A stretch of DNA of 63,145 nt, filler included, from Sphacelaria rigidula (Eukaryota): the NCBI GenBank assembly GCA_964200075.2. It is 4 parts of 4 records of this genome, joined end to end, with 100 filler letters (N's around TTAATTAATTAA, not from the genome) between each part and the next. Parts side by side here need not be neighbours in the genome. Positions count along the whole stretch, not along the records: positions 31,626 to 47,336 come from CAXNAA020001630.1; positions 47,437 to 63,145 come from CAXNAA020001631.1; 2 more parts are not named here. One strand, 5' to 3'. The first letter of the stretch is position 1. Every line of letters starts with the position of its first letter. The notes under the pieces were generated by a model. The model was not told where the DNA came from and ran no database searches. It worked only from the letters and a program-made list of their open reading frames with translations. Shown in pieces: positions 35,901 to 49,055 of the stretch. Made by a program: the position numbers and the translations under genes.

Positions 35901-38409
35901 GTCATCGGGATATCGTCCGGGAGCACCTCGAACTTGGCGCTCACGACGTACCTGGGACATGACAAAGAAAAAAAAAAAACGAAGGGTATCTTAGTGTCAA
36001 GTACATGTACTCCAAGTCAGGAGCTAAAAATGAACGGGCACTTCGCGGAGTACGATGCCACCCTGAAAAAGGCATATTCCGATGCCCAGCCGCAACGGGA
36101 GAACTTACAGAGAGTTGTACTTTCGAATCATCGTAGTGGGGTAGTCGAACAGCTTGTTGGTCAGGACACGGGGCGCCACAGCTCCGCACGTTCTGTCCGG
36201 CGAAAGCGAGATCTGCGTTCAACAAAACGATGGCAAGATGTGATCGTTGAGAACATAATGGGCGCATACATCGGATTGACTGATTTGCACGATTCAAGGG
36301 ATCCGGGAACTGCACCACTCTTCTTGTACCCACCCGCGGCTACATATATCGAGGAGGTCAGGAAATAACTGAGGGAACTTCCAAGCAAAGGGAACGTTGG
36401 GTACTCCTATAAACACGCCATAGATGCCATGGGCTTGTAGCAAAAGCGCCCCACAGCGAATTGAATAAATGGCTAGACAGAACAGTTCAGGCTGATGGGT
36501 TTTATACGTGAAGTCAGCCTTGTGTCGGAGTCCTTTTCGCGCGATGTTTTGTTTGTTGGATACTTCGAACCATAAGGGCGCACCAAACTCGGCACCGTAC
36601 GTGCGGACGTGTGTGAACTGTACACTCGTTAAGGGGGAGGAACAGGTGGATTTCAGGAGAGGGAGACCAAGGAGACTATAGCCACAGACGGAAGGAGACC
36701 CACAACCCTGCGGCTATTTGCGGTGCGTAACACATGTCTACAGCTCAAATTAAATCGACACGTGAAATGGGATAATAGAAACGGTTCGATGCTGGCGTTG
36801 ATTCAAGACAGGGGTTGTCCCACTCCTCCACCCCAAAATTTGACTGCGGCGATCGTTCACTCGAGATTCGATTTTTTGGGCTCGACATATTGAGTAGAGG
36901 GGCGCATCGACATTTTAAAGGTCGTCATTAGGGCTCTTTTCATTTCTTTCAAAGTCAGGTTTGTTCTCCATGATAAATACCCCATCCCCTTTTGCATCCA
37001 GGGCGAAAATCAAACACCCCTATTTACGGTGTAAAATAGTCGATGCGCTACTCTCCTCATATCCATCAAGAAACTCGTCAGACAACCGGGGCTGCACACC
37101 ACCGACGATACGACGGTAGTCCTGGTGTTACCCTCTGCGATGACCCTCAGCTTTTCGAAATCGCATTACTTCGCTAAAATGGCATGTCTGCGCCTACGGG
37201 ACCCTGCGAGCTGGGCCAACCGACAGGTTTTTTTCGTCGGTTTACAGGTGATGCGGGGCTTAGGCTAAGGAGTTAGGCGCTGAAATTTTGACACGAATTT
37301 TCCATTATTTACACGCACAATATCTCCGGGGATGCCAGGAAGGAAAACTAAGAGAAAGTCAAAGCGAATTGAATTTTCAGCGAAAACTCAGATGACATAA
37401 CTACGTGAAAAAAAAACGGCGGCATCCCTCGTCATGAATTTTCACCCACGCGCGGGGATCCTGGTCAATTCTCAGCTGAATAGTTCTAAAATTAGGCCCA
37501 GCGTGGAACCTTTTGTGTAACACCGCTGCGCCCCGGTAATCCAAGTAATACAGGAGACTCTAGTTATGGCGGTCACGAATTCGAGTCCCGACAAAATTCT
37601 CCTTTGTTTTTCGCAGAATCTGGTCCTGTCATTGAGGTGATATATTATGCAGAACATGATATTTTATTTTAAGCGGCAGAGTATACATGATCAGGTTGGT
37701 CTGTGGTTTACAGCGATATACTTGCATCGGGCTGATTGAAAAAAAAGTCATCAACAACAACAAAAAAAATCAATGATTCGGGAAACTGAAAGTTATTGTG
37801 TGCTGGGGATGTGCAAGTCTTACGCCCGGTCCAGCTCCTACAACGCGGAAATACTACCCCGTCTTGACATGCCTGCTGGCACTGAGAATTTGTTTCTCTA
37901 CAGGAAAATAACTTGAAACTTCTCACGGGCCACGCAAATTTGAAACATGGCAATATTTTTGAGAGCGTTGCTGGTTCTCAAAAGCACATGCCGTTCGAGA
38001 CATGCACAGCTGACCCTACGATGCACAAGGCCGCCCCTCCCACAAATTCTTCTGTGACCTGCATAACAATGAGCCCTATCTCGACATAGCTTCTCCAACT
38101 CCATTCCATGTTCACAAAATGGGCCCCGTCCGGTCGACTTCCGATCCTCTAGCTCAAGCGTTCCAGCGTTCATCATCAGATTCTCCGAAAAGTTCTTGCA
38201 CATGAGGAACAAACTACCATTACACTTGCGTGACGTCTGTTTCGATATTCGTGGGCCTAGTTGGGAACTAGCTAGCATCCACAAATTGAGTGATGTTCTG
38301 CTGCTGTACATTATCAAGACCGACTCTCTCCGTCCGAAGCACATGTTGTGCATCGCAAAAGGCTGGATGATGCAACGCACATACCATGTTAAATGCCTAC
38401 CTAGGGCGG

Positions 38410-38647
38410 CAGGTGTGCTCATGATCTTGCATGTCATTGCCATATGACCATTGACCTCGCCTCCCTAGAGTGTACTCATGATTTTGCATGCCATGGTCAT
38501 ATGACCATTGACCTCGCATCCCTACAAAGCCGGGATGGAGCACCCCGGGTTTTCGCCGGACTAGGCTCGCAAAGCAGTCGCCAAGCCCGAAGCGCCGTGA
38601 TGTGTTCGGCGAGTCGCATGAATGCTGAGCTTCAGCCTGCTAAGATT
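38410..38647 (+). mobile_element. Dispersed SINE-like repeat, family A
   Basis: gtactcatgatc.tgcatgcc..gtcataagacc.ttgacctcgcatccctacaaagccgggacggagcacgccggg...ccggaccaggctcgca; copies at ~42918-43024, 52625-52880 (two), 56095-56190 (minus) and 59930-60110. Confidence 0.75.
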
Positions 38648-39299
38648 GTTCGGCCCGAAGCGTACTGCTTATCTTGTATTTGGATGACAGCCTCCAATGA
38701 GTTGAAATATTTTCTGGTACCGCCACTTCCAGAGGCAGCCACGGCCTATATGCACTGCATCATGGGTATCTCACCATTCAAACACTGCATAGTACGATCA
38801 TCTTCTTTGCGCGTAGTTGAGGTTTTCCCACGCCGCACAATATGATCTAGCTCGACCACCATCATGGTAGCCGCAAGAAAAACGCAAGCGCGCAAAAAAA
38901 ACGGTAACCTGGTAGCCTAGCTTACGCAGTGAGTGGCGTGTTTTACAGCGTCATCGCCGACCGGCACCAACCCCATAGGGGGTACTGTCTGAGGAGAGAC
39001 TTAGAGCTCACTGAGGGAGTTTATCACCTTTGCAAAGGCTGTTTGGGGTATCCCAGGAGAGGTAGACATGATAGAAGTACCTGGATGATGGATCACAGCG
39101 CGGGGCGTACTCCTGCGTGCTTGTACGAATTCAGGGGTCTTACAGACTCTGCCATTTTTTGCTCGCGCCCGAGCTCCGTGCTCCGGAGGCATATTTTTGG
39201 GTCAACTAGTGTAACCACGCTGTGCCACAGATTTCGAAAACGTTTCCAATTGCTGAGTAATACTTCAACGACCACCTGTCTCTGGGTACAAAGAAAATC

Positions 39300-40300
39300 A
39301 GCGTCTGCTCTCACGGCACCATGTCAACTGCTGCAATGCCCCCAATATGTGTGGGTTTCCTACCAGATCAAGTCCGACGTGATGAAAATATATTGAGGTG
39401 ATACCCAAGACCAACCCGCACACACAGTAGCCGCTGTCGTGCTCGTGCAACAAAGCGATCTCGATCATCAGCGGTTTCTTTGGCCAGAGTTCAGCTCTAT
39501 GGCTCTCGTAAAAATCACTGGTGGACAAACGGCTGTTTGTCATGACTGCGTTCCCTCAAGAAGTAGCTCCACGAACTCACCGCGTAACTCCGCGTGCGGA
39601 TGGATTAGTTGACGCGATCATATGGACACGCAGGAAGTCATTCTTATCAAAACGTTGGCAGTCATTACCATAAACTCATGTGGATACACAAGTAGTTATG
39701 CGCATCAACTGTTACAGTGATGACTACTTGTTTATCAAGGTAATCGCATCAACTATAATTATCGCTGAGTTCCGTGGTGAGTTGTCGTTAACCCTTCGGG
39801 AATCCAATGCTGATTTTTGTCTTTGTGACTCGGCATCATTTTCTCTTGAAAATGACCGCAAATGATACCGAATCACAAACATAAGAATGTTGCAGTGTCT
39901 CATCTCAACTGGAACTCGCCGGAAACACGCGATAACCTCGCCTGCATCCCCAAGCGTATTTTGTAGAAATGACCTATGCACCCCCGTGATCGCAGCAAAT
40001 ATATATTTTGTGCAGTTTTGCGTGGTGAGTTCGTAGAGAGATACTTCCTGATGAACAACACATTCTCATACACACATAGCATTTCGATGATGCCATGGTA
40101 GTCGTTGCCCATGGCGTTGCCTACGGGTCATCTTATTGATCGTTCATACCTCCTTGATGTTGGCCGCCTGGATATCGACCACCCATAGCGTGTTCTTGCG
40201 GAGCACCTGGAAATCGATAGGGTCGGTCAGCGAAATAGACACTCCGTGAGGTCAGCGTGTAAGGCCAGCGAATGCGAAAACTTTGTAGAGCTAGGGCATG
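39300..40300 (-). pseudogene. Probable Mutator/MULE transposase relic with SWIM-like finger
   Basis: Minus-strand motifs in MULE order: WVVDIQAANIK, GNDYHGIIEMLCVYEN...YL (cf. DGN...EN...FL), ICCDHG (cf. ISDR.KG), P.EMRHC (cf. P...H.C..H), then YCVCG.......YFH (SWIM-like). Many stops and frameshifts. Confidence 0.45.
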
Positions 40301-41104
40301 AACTCACCATCTAAATGGCGCTAATAGCAGGTCGAGCTCCACGCGTACCTATGCATCAACGACACGCGCGCGGCCGCGCTCGTGAACGTGGCTGGGTCAT
40401 CACACACAAAAGTGGGGGACACTAACTAGCCATTGCGACTACGTGTGTGTTCAGATCCTGTGTCTCGGCGAAGACAGCGAGTGGCGAGTTTATACCGATC
40501 TCGTTGGGAATGTGTGCAGTATTGCCTAGGAACAGATCACCGCCAAGTTGTTCGTGTGGCCCGGCCTGTGAAATGACGGTACCGTGTATGCGGTAGCAAA
40601 GCACGATTTCTTACGAATTCGGGCGTTGCATCACATGTGCCTCCGTCATCCGGATACTGTACAAATCCAAACGCATAGACGTCGCTGAATAACTTCGGGT
40701 AAGGTCTATCGTGCCGTGGGAAATTTGAGTGAGAACGTCAACGACGGCAGGAGGCCTCATTCTATCCCAATGCCTACAGGACAAAGCGCACAATGGAAAA
40801 TCGCACAGGACTTTGGCTGCGCTCTCATCAGGCGTTTCGGGTGTCCAATATTCCAATCGTAACACGAGTTTTTTCTTCTATACTCAACCGCGATCGGGGA
40901 TGGTCTTGTCGGGGTGTGCTAACCCCGATCACCAACCGAACGACACAACCACGCGTAGGAGATTGGCATAACCTACGGTCTAGTCTGTGTATTGTGCCAG
41001 CGGTGATGCAACACACGAAGTAGCCGGTGAGTCATGTCGACCGTGTCGGACTCCAGGCTTAACCCTGGACCTCTGCTGAGGTTTGCCCAGTACTGGGACC
41101 CAAA

Positions 41105-41335
41105 CTCAACCTTGCAGCTGCAGAGTTTCACCCGAAGTTGGGGCCCTGCCACGGAAAAGGCGTGTGAAAAAGTGTCCAACTCGGCGGACTGGAGCAAGCG
41201 GCTGACGCAAAATCAACCCTGCAGCTGCAGAAATTTACCCGAAGTTGGTGTACTGCCACGGAGAGCACGTCGATGGGGATGAGACATGTGTGAGTACGAG
41301 CCAGACTCGGCGGATTTAAGCAAGCGGCTGACGCG
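41105..41335. repeat. Imperfect tandem duplication (~110 bp x 2)
   Basis: tgcagctgcaga..tt.acccgaagttgg...ctgccacgga and actcggcgga....agcaagcggctgacgc each occur twice. Confidence 0.7.
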
Positions 41336-41436
41336 GATTGGGACGGCTGCACCCTCCTCGTTGGACCATCACGCAAGGCGGGTACCATGACCGATGTTGT
41401 TATTTCTTGTATTTTTTTTTCACTACTTTTTCCTAC

Positions 41437-41640
41437 TTGTCGCACTTTGAACCCCTACCCTTCCTCGAGACGAGCCCGTGGTCTCAAGGGATCAACCCAT
41501 CTCTCCCTGGTACACGCCTTGCATTTTGGTCTCGCGGATTGAAACATGACCATCAGCACTCCCGCACCGCATCAACTTACGCCAAACAAACTCAGTCGAC
41601 TATTTTGTTTACTCACGTTCTCACGCTTTTCACAGCAAAA
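41437..41640 (-). mobile_element. SINE family C copy
   Basis: ttgtcgcactttgaacccct.cccttcctcg...ggtacacgccttgcattttggtctcgcgga, as at 11905. Confidence 0.7.
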
Positions 41641-41729
41641 AAAGCTTGTGTACGATTGGAGGAACACACTCGAAAGTAGGGCAAAACGAGGAGCAAAGTG
41701 TGTAGATGTAGATAAGGTAGAGCTAGGTT

Positions 41730-44700
41730 GCGCACATGGGGAGGTCGAACTGGCGACCTACAAGACCCGCACACTGTCCTCTACGGGAAAGAACAGGGTT
41801 GGTTATGCTGAGGCGGTTCTGCCAAAGTGTCAAGCGGTGGGTTGTGGCGTAATTAGAGTGCAGGAGACGGAGACGATGCCGAGCCGAGTTCGCTGCTGTG
41901 GAATACCGTGTCTTCTGCTGTGGGACAGATGGGGGTAAGGAAAGGGCTGGACAACATGGGATCGGCTTAGCGGTCCAGGAGTCGATCATCAACCAGGCGA
42001 CGTGGACTCAGGCGCTTACCAGGGAACGCCTCGGGTCGATGATTTTCAACCTTACAGGTGAATCGAACGTTGTCACGCCTGCGGTTGCCTTTGCCTCTGC
42101 GGGTACATCAAAGTCAAGATAAGAGAGAGATACGTTTGGACTAAGTCGGACAGCACTATGAATCAACTTCCCAACAAGCATCACGTGTTTATTTTATGAG
42201 ACGCTCACTAGGGTTGGAGTAAGAACAGGAGAGGAGGATTGTACAGTGCTAAGGGCGTACGACGGCGACTCCCGAGCCAACGACAGCAAAGGCACCTCTT
42301 TGCTACAATTTGCGGGTGACAAGAGGCTTGCCCCGGTCAACGCGTTTTTATTCACCCGCAAAGGAGACCCGTCTTGTACGCTAACGGTATTACGGATCAT
42401 CCCGCTGACAAAAAATAAATCGATATTCTCACAGGGCAAGATCACCGCAGGCTTGTACATAAAATCACTGCCCACCTTCAACTACCCAATTCACCGGACT
42501 CTGATGACAACATCGTTTGTGCCTCAATGCGGCTCCTTGATCGTCTCACACTCCACAGACCTTGGCGAAGCCCAACTAGGGGCAAGCCGATCGACAGGCG
42601 GGCGATAACATCCGATAGGCGTGAGCAACCCATCGAGTCCACAATCAGGGAGCTCAAGCTAGGAAGAACTGGCAACGAAGACAGTACTTTGACTGCGAAA
42701 TCGCCGACACGTTCCCGAGCTTCCCTGAAAAGTTCCCCGTGTGACCACAAAGCCACGCACATCGTGGTGGTTAGAAGATACTGCGGCCCGACCGGAGTTC
42801 GAGCAGGCCTGGAATGAGAGGGAAGGGCGAGGTTGGTGGGAGTGGGACTGATATTCAACCCCACACGGCGCGAATTTGCCAGGATCGTGCCGTAAGCCCA
42901 CAGAGATGATCAAACCTGGGGGAGGTGTACTCATCATCATGCATGCCATAGTTATAAGACCATTGACCTCGCACCCCTACAAAGCCGGGACGGAGCACGG
43001 CGGGCTTTCGCCGGACCAGGCTCGGGTGGACACGTACATGGGTGTGTATGCGAAGGAACTAGAGGAGTATGTTAGGATTGAGTAAGTACATGAGAGAATA
43101 GTAGGATATCTGAAAAGAGGGTGGAGTCGGTCAGGACGACAAGTAGAGAGAGAGAAACACATCGGAAGCGAGGGCGGGAATCTACTGCGAGACAAATATT
43201 CAATGTGTGAGAGTTGGGGACGATACTTCTTCCCCTTGCTGAGTGCCATGTCGATGATTCTCGGCCAAGCCGCCATCGAGAATACTGCGCAGCGACCGAC
43301 AGCGCTGCCACATGAAGACCCGCCAAGCCCAACTGAATTCGTGGATGCCCTTAGAGCCACGGCAAACGGCAAAGCGACGGGCCCGGGTGGTCTGTCTGTT
43401 GAACTCATCAACCTCGGGTTGGTCGGGGAGCCTTTGAAGATTATTTACCATGTCCACGGCACCATCGCTGCGGTCTGGACATGTGGCGAGATGCTGCAGG
43501 AGTGGAAAGACGCCACTATCAAAGTGCTACACGAGAAGGATAGGATCGGGTGTGGAAATTACAGGGGCATCTACCTCGTGCGACATGCTGGTAAAATTCT
43601 GCTGGAACTCAAGACGAACAGGCTCGGTAGTTTCTGGGAGGAGCAAGGGATCTTCCCGGAAGTGCAGGGCAGAATCTGGCGCCAACGATCGACCATCGAC
43701 ATGATATTCGTGGTACGCCGAGTAAAGCAGTTAGGACGTGAGAGTCATATCCCACTAAACATGCGTTTCATCGACCTGCAGAAGGTCTACGATTCCGCAG
43801 ATCGCACTCTCCTGTGGGCAGTGCTTGCCCGGTCCGGAGTCCTGCTGCGGATGATCAAGGTCATCCGCATGCTTCACAATGGCATGCGAGCTCGGGTACA
43901 GCTGGATGATGGCGAACAATCAGCGTGGTTTCACGTCTACCAGGGACTCGGGCGCGGATACGTTTCGTTCCCGCTACTGATCATCATCTTCGGCGCATCC
44001 TTGGTCGACGTCGTTTTGTAGCGGTTCGCGACAGACCCAACCACTGCATCAGACCTAGTACATGTATATGATTCGCCAAAAGGTGAATATAGTGCACCCC
44101 TGAAAGAGATGCCGCTGGAGTTGAGTACGGCTCGAGGTTCGGGGAATGCTAGATGCAGATGACGCTGGCAGAGTCTCGAAGTCTGCAGACGAGCTTTCTG
44201 GGATGATGGTCGTGATGACGGTGGTGGCCCGTCAGGAGTTCGGATTAACGGTATCGGAGAGGAAGACAGGGTCCACGCGCCTGTCGTCAGTACCCAGCTC
44301 CGCAGGGGGCGCACTGCACATTATGCGACATATGTACAGAAAAAACAGATGTCAGAGTTTGTCTACACCTTGGTACTCCCTTCGGAACCAAGGTCCGCAT
44401 CAGCACTGCGTTGGCACGCCACCGAAAGCATAGCTCCCAACTCTACGATCGGCCCAACGCCTAGCTACCTCTGAAAACACAGCTGCTTAAAGGCCGAGGT
44501 GATGGAAGCCATTCTGTACGAATGTGCTCCATGGGCACTGCGTCCCGAGGATTTCGAGAGTCTCCGCGCACGCACCGTCAGCATTTAGCGGGAGTGTTTT
44601 GATTCCGCTGAAAGGAGCGAACCGGCGTAGAGAGATGCTCGAGATGACCAACTGCGCCCACACCGAGACGACTATCTGCGTCAACTCTGGTTTACGGGGG

Positions 44701-45110
44701 CCTTTGTCTGGAAGGACGAAACAAGTATCGCAAAGCGCGTCATGTTCGGATGATTAGCCGCACGAGGACTCGAGGAGGCTGGCCACCTTCCCGTACACTG
44801 GGTAGACCGCCTCCAGGAGAGCCTACGTGCACTAGGGACCCTTACACGCAAGAAAGTACAACGGAAATGGTTCGTCTATGGAGTGGAGGTCGAAGACGTA
44901 TACGATTGGGTCACTGCGGCAAAGAAGACGCACCGACGGCATCTTGGAGTCGAAGAAAGTTTGAGGAGACGGGGCGACGCGGAGACAGTCGCCGATCAGA
45001 TCTTCGCCAATCGGAGAGCTTCCACCGCTGACGCAACAGCAGCAACAACTCGCGAAGGGACCAGGACAGATATGGTCGAGAGAGTGTCCCGCTTTTTACC
45101 CGTATATAGA
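41730..45110 (+). mobile_element. RTE-like LINE (APE endonuclease + RT), pseudogenised
   Basis: APE motifs (ATYKTRTL, GC.VI.VQET, GQHGIGLAV) at 41740-42100. RT motifs EWKDATIKVLH, CGNYRGI.L..HAGKILL, FIDLQKVYDS.DR, QGL in ORF 43203-44021, and MLDADD (mutated YADD) at 44146. Interrupted by a family A repeat near 42918. Confidence 0.9.
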
Positions 45111-45546
45111 TGAGCGGGGGAAGCTCGGTTCACCCGGAAACCGATGTATGTATCCCTGTTTTCCTCTCATCGGTTGTTGACATTTTCCGTGGCCTGTGGT
45201 CTTGCGGTGTTCCCCGGTTGTGCTTTCGCACACGCTGTACTTTGTCGTTGGGTTTCATCCCGTCCATAGTTCGCGTATTCTGTTTTCTCATCATCTCTCA
45301 ATATATTTCCCTTTCCCGCTGCTCCTCTTCTCTCTGTTCCATACAATTAGCGGTGCAATGCCTCGCCTAGGCCTCATGGGTGAGAGCTCATACCCGACTA
45401 GTATGCCCGAAATAGCTGAGCCGCAATCTGCTCCCGTTACCCTTTTTCGTTTGTGTATGGGTACGTGTGTTTCCTGAGTAAGGCTTTTATCTGAAACCGT
45501 GCTGTAGAGGCCGGCTACTTCGATTTTTACTTAGATAATAGTCATG

Positions 45547-46022
45547 TAAGGCCGTTTTGTATAGTCAGAGAACGGACTCTCTGAGAACTGCACTTTTTGA
45601 GCCTTTTACCGCGTATTTTTGGCGGAATACAGGCATTGGCAGATTTTTCCTCCTCTGGAAGATGTCCTTATTTTTCACGAGGATTGTAGCGCACTTTTCC
45701 GATTTTTCGCACGCCCAGTTTTGCTCTTGGCCGGATTCTGGATTTCTTCAGTCGCACCAAAAACCTTCGAGCCGCGGAAAAACGTCCGCGTTTTTTTCCC
45801 GACAACTGGACGATTTTTGCGGCGACTGAAAAAATCCAGAATCCGGCCAAGAGTAAAACTGGGCGTACGAAAATCACTAGAATCCTCATGAGAAACATGG
45901 CAAATCTTTCCGAGGAGGCCAAATCCGCCAAGGCCTGTATTTCGCCAAAAATTCACGACAGAATGCTCAAAAAGGGCAGTTCTCAGAGAGTCCATTTTCA
46001 GACGATGAGAAGCGGTCTAACA
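45547..46022. mobile_element. Fold-back MITE (~475 bp)
   Basis: ggactctctgagaactgc / gcagttctcagagagtcc and ctcttggccggattctggattt / aaatccagaatccggccaagag pair; centre ~45790. Confidence 0.8.
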
Positions 46023-47336
46023 GTCATATCATTATCAAATATCTGAAAATGCAGCAGTAAATGCCCTGAACTGCTGGCCTCTCATTCTCTCCAGCAATGA
46101 ATTGTTTGCACGTCGTCTTCTCACTTGCTTTGAGAGAACGCTGCTCGAGATACATTTCACTTGACTTGGGGTGCGTCCTGCTTCTACTTGGGTTTAGAGT
46201 ACTCCACCATAGAAAATATCGGGGGAAAAGCTCGCCATTTACTCTGCTGGTAGCCTTTGTAGCCTGACTGATCCATCTTGTGTTGCCAGCATAGCTTCAT
46301 CCTGTAGTGTTGCTGTGAAACACTCAGCAGAGATCATCAGCGTGCAGTAGGCTGCGTTTTTTTTATGTCTCTGAGACATCAAAAAAACAAGTACAGGTGA
46401 GACGATGCGACATGCGCGCAAGGTCAAAACAATCTCGAGAAATGCCAGCCCTGCCCCGAAAGTAGACTGTGTTCGCTGTTGAGCGATGGCACGCTGACTG
46501 GTTCACACCGTTGTATCCACCCGCTATGTACGGCAGAGCAGCAGCAGCAGCCCATACCGTAAAAGGATATGTACCGTTGAGACCATGTAGCATGCGTGCA
46601 GGATCAAAGCACGCTCGAGGTATGCTAGCCTTGCCCCAAACATAGAGAGGATGCATGTTGTTGGCAAATATCGGAGCAGTGGCGGCTGCTAGCGTACGCC
46701 ACTTGTAAACCATCAAAGCATGTGCTCCACGAAAACTGAAAAGTGCTCCGTGAGGACATACAAACTGACTCTTAATGTACTTGTCGTGTCGGGGGTTGAC
46801 CGCCTAAGGTGTCCATTTGTTGAATAGGCATCATTTTTAGTCCCTTTTTAAGTGAAAATGATGCCAACTAAAACTCCACGAATGAACACCTTCGATGGTT
46901 GAAGGCTCCTCTCGGGTCAATGTCTCCTCCCCCAGACTACCGTGCTGTACTTTATTCATCCTACTGCGCACTACTGCTATACGAGTACGATTTACACTGA
47001 CGTGCCGTACTACCGTGGTGAATTTGTTCATCCTCCCGTACTGTACTGCCGCACGAGTACTGTCCCTGAGAGCAAAACGACCCAAGAGTTGCTCAGTGCG
47101 CTCAGATATCGGTGCGTATGCTTGTTTTTGAGTCGAACCCTAACATGTTGGCCACACTGATCTCTTTGTGTCACCTGTCTTTTCCTATTTTTGTCCTCTA
47201 TTATCTTCTCTCTTCCTTTCTTTCGGTGTACACTCTTGACAGATCTGGCGTTTGTTGTTCGTTTGTTTGTTTGTTTTTCTTTCTTTTTTTTTTCTCCCCG
47301 TTGAACTCGGGGTACCTACTTCTCACCGGTTTTCGT

Positions 47337-47436
47337 NNNNNNNNNNNNNNNNNNNNNNNNNNNNNNNNNNNNNNNNNNNNTTAATTAATTAANNNNNNNN
47401 NNNNNNNNNNNNNNNNNNNNNNNNNNNNNNNNNNNN
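47337..47436. other. Assembly gap with artificial TTAATTAATTAA linker
   Basis: 100-nt N block with central linker. Confidence 0.95.
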
Positions 47437-47504
47437 CCCCGGGACCCCCGCGGGCGCCCCCAATAGGCGGCCGGCGGCTCCCCCCGGAGGGGGGGGGCGG
47501 CGTC

Positions 47505-47537
<33 letters not shown>

Positions 47538-48462
47538 ATAAAGGGAGGGCGGAGGTACTGTAAGACAGTGGCACTGTACAATGTAGTACTGGTATTCTTG
47601 TACAAGCACGTGTTTTGTCCTTGTTTGCTTTTGTTTTGTCACCATGGACACGTCCGTCCCGTCCCGTCATCCAGCTGATCCCGCAGTCCAAGGATTGGAC
47701 TTTGTGAGAGATGTGCGTGACAGACTGACTCTCTGTGCTTGGAGCACCTTTGTATGCCTTCTATTTAGTGTGTAGAGCTTGCTCCAGACCTTCCGTGGGT
47801 TCCGTATTTTCGATTCCCTATAAAAAAATCCACGAGGGTCATCGCCCACGACCAACACAGCGCTGCTAGCTGTCGTGATGCTCTCCAAGAAAAAAGTCAC
47901 GCCATGTCTCTCTTGGACCATCAATCTACGTGTGCTCCATATTTTATTCATGAGGCCAAACTCCTAACAAGACACAGGTGAAGCACACCCGACGCAGAGC
48001 CTGCGGCAGTAGCCGGTTTTTTCTTGGAGCATGACATCGTGCTCTCTCGGCAGCATGCTTTGCGTCGGCCCCCGATAGTGTTGCGTACTTTTTTTTTCTC
48101 ATGGCCCACATGGCCCTCGTGTATTTGGCCAAGTGCGCGCCCAGCATACATGTTCACACTGTTGTACATCGAAAATTTGTGTGGTGTATCATATGAGGAA
48201 GTAACGTGTGGTGATTGTGAGCGATCTATACTTTGTATGTCACGTTTGTTTTACGCACGGTATGCGTGGCCACGTACTGGTGGTTCCTGGTGTCGGGCCT
48301 CATGCGTGTGTAGCACCATGACCCCACTTTCCCGGTGAGATGGATAGACGGTGCATGTAGGGGTTACACATGTATGCGTCTACATGTGTGTGTGTCGTTC
48401 AATGGTAATGATCAGGTTTTCGTTGTATGCATGAATCATGTACACTTTTTGATGATCACTGC

Positions 48463-48856
48463 CCGGTCGCCCCGGTGCCTCAGTTGGCAACCTTGAAACG
48501 CTCTGGTGGTTGGGTCATGGGTTCGAATCTCGGTGAAGTCACGCGATCGGGGATTTTTCCTGAAATCATGCCCGTCCGTGAAGAGCGACTATGTCGTGGG
48601 TACACAACATCCGACTTGACGCTCGACGAAGGAATGGGACCGCTGAACCCCCATCGCGATTCAAAGTAAAGGCAAGCACTGCAGGAAGGCGAAGTATTCA
48701 ACAAAGTGAAGAAGAAAACAAGAAAAACTCCTGTGTTGGTCTCCTCCCTGTGTGACCCCGGCTGATGTGCCCTGCCCACAAATACCGAAAGGTGTAGACT
48801 GGCGTTCAGAATAGATGGGATGGCAAGACAACACAACACAACACAACACAACACGC
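48463..48856 (+). mobile_element. SINE family B, near full length
   Basis: tRNA-like head ccggtcgccccggtgcctcagttgg...ggttcgaatctc, conserved body and (caaca)n tail. Confidence 0.75.
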
Positions 48857-49055
48857 ACTGTCGATTGCTGTCATTTTTTTTTCACCTCTCTGTTGGTGCT
48901 CTTTGCTTTTTTGTTGCAACGTTTTACGAATCAATCTTGACCCCTGATGAATATTTTCACCAACCCGTTGATTTATTCTCCTCTCCCGTTTCTTACTCCC
49001 TCCCTCCCTCCCTCCCTCCCTTTCTCTTCTGTATTTTATTCTCCAATATTTACAG

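Noticed and set aside
47437-47540. Poly-G/GC-rich stretch giving proline-rich ORFs
   Set aside because: Low-quality contig edge next to a gap.
48463-48545. tRNA-like sequences (also ~3780-3842, 12140-12208, 22200-22274)
   Set aside because: A/B-box heads attached to repeated SINE bodies without a complete cloverleaf; not called as tRNA genes.
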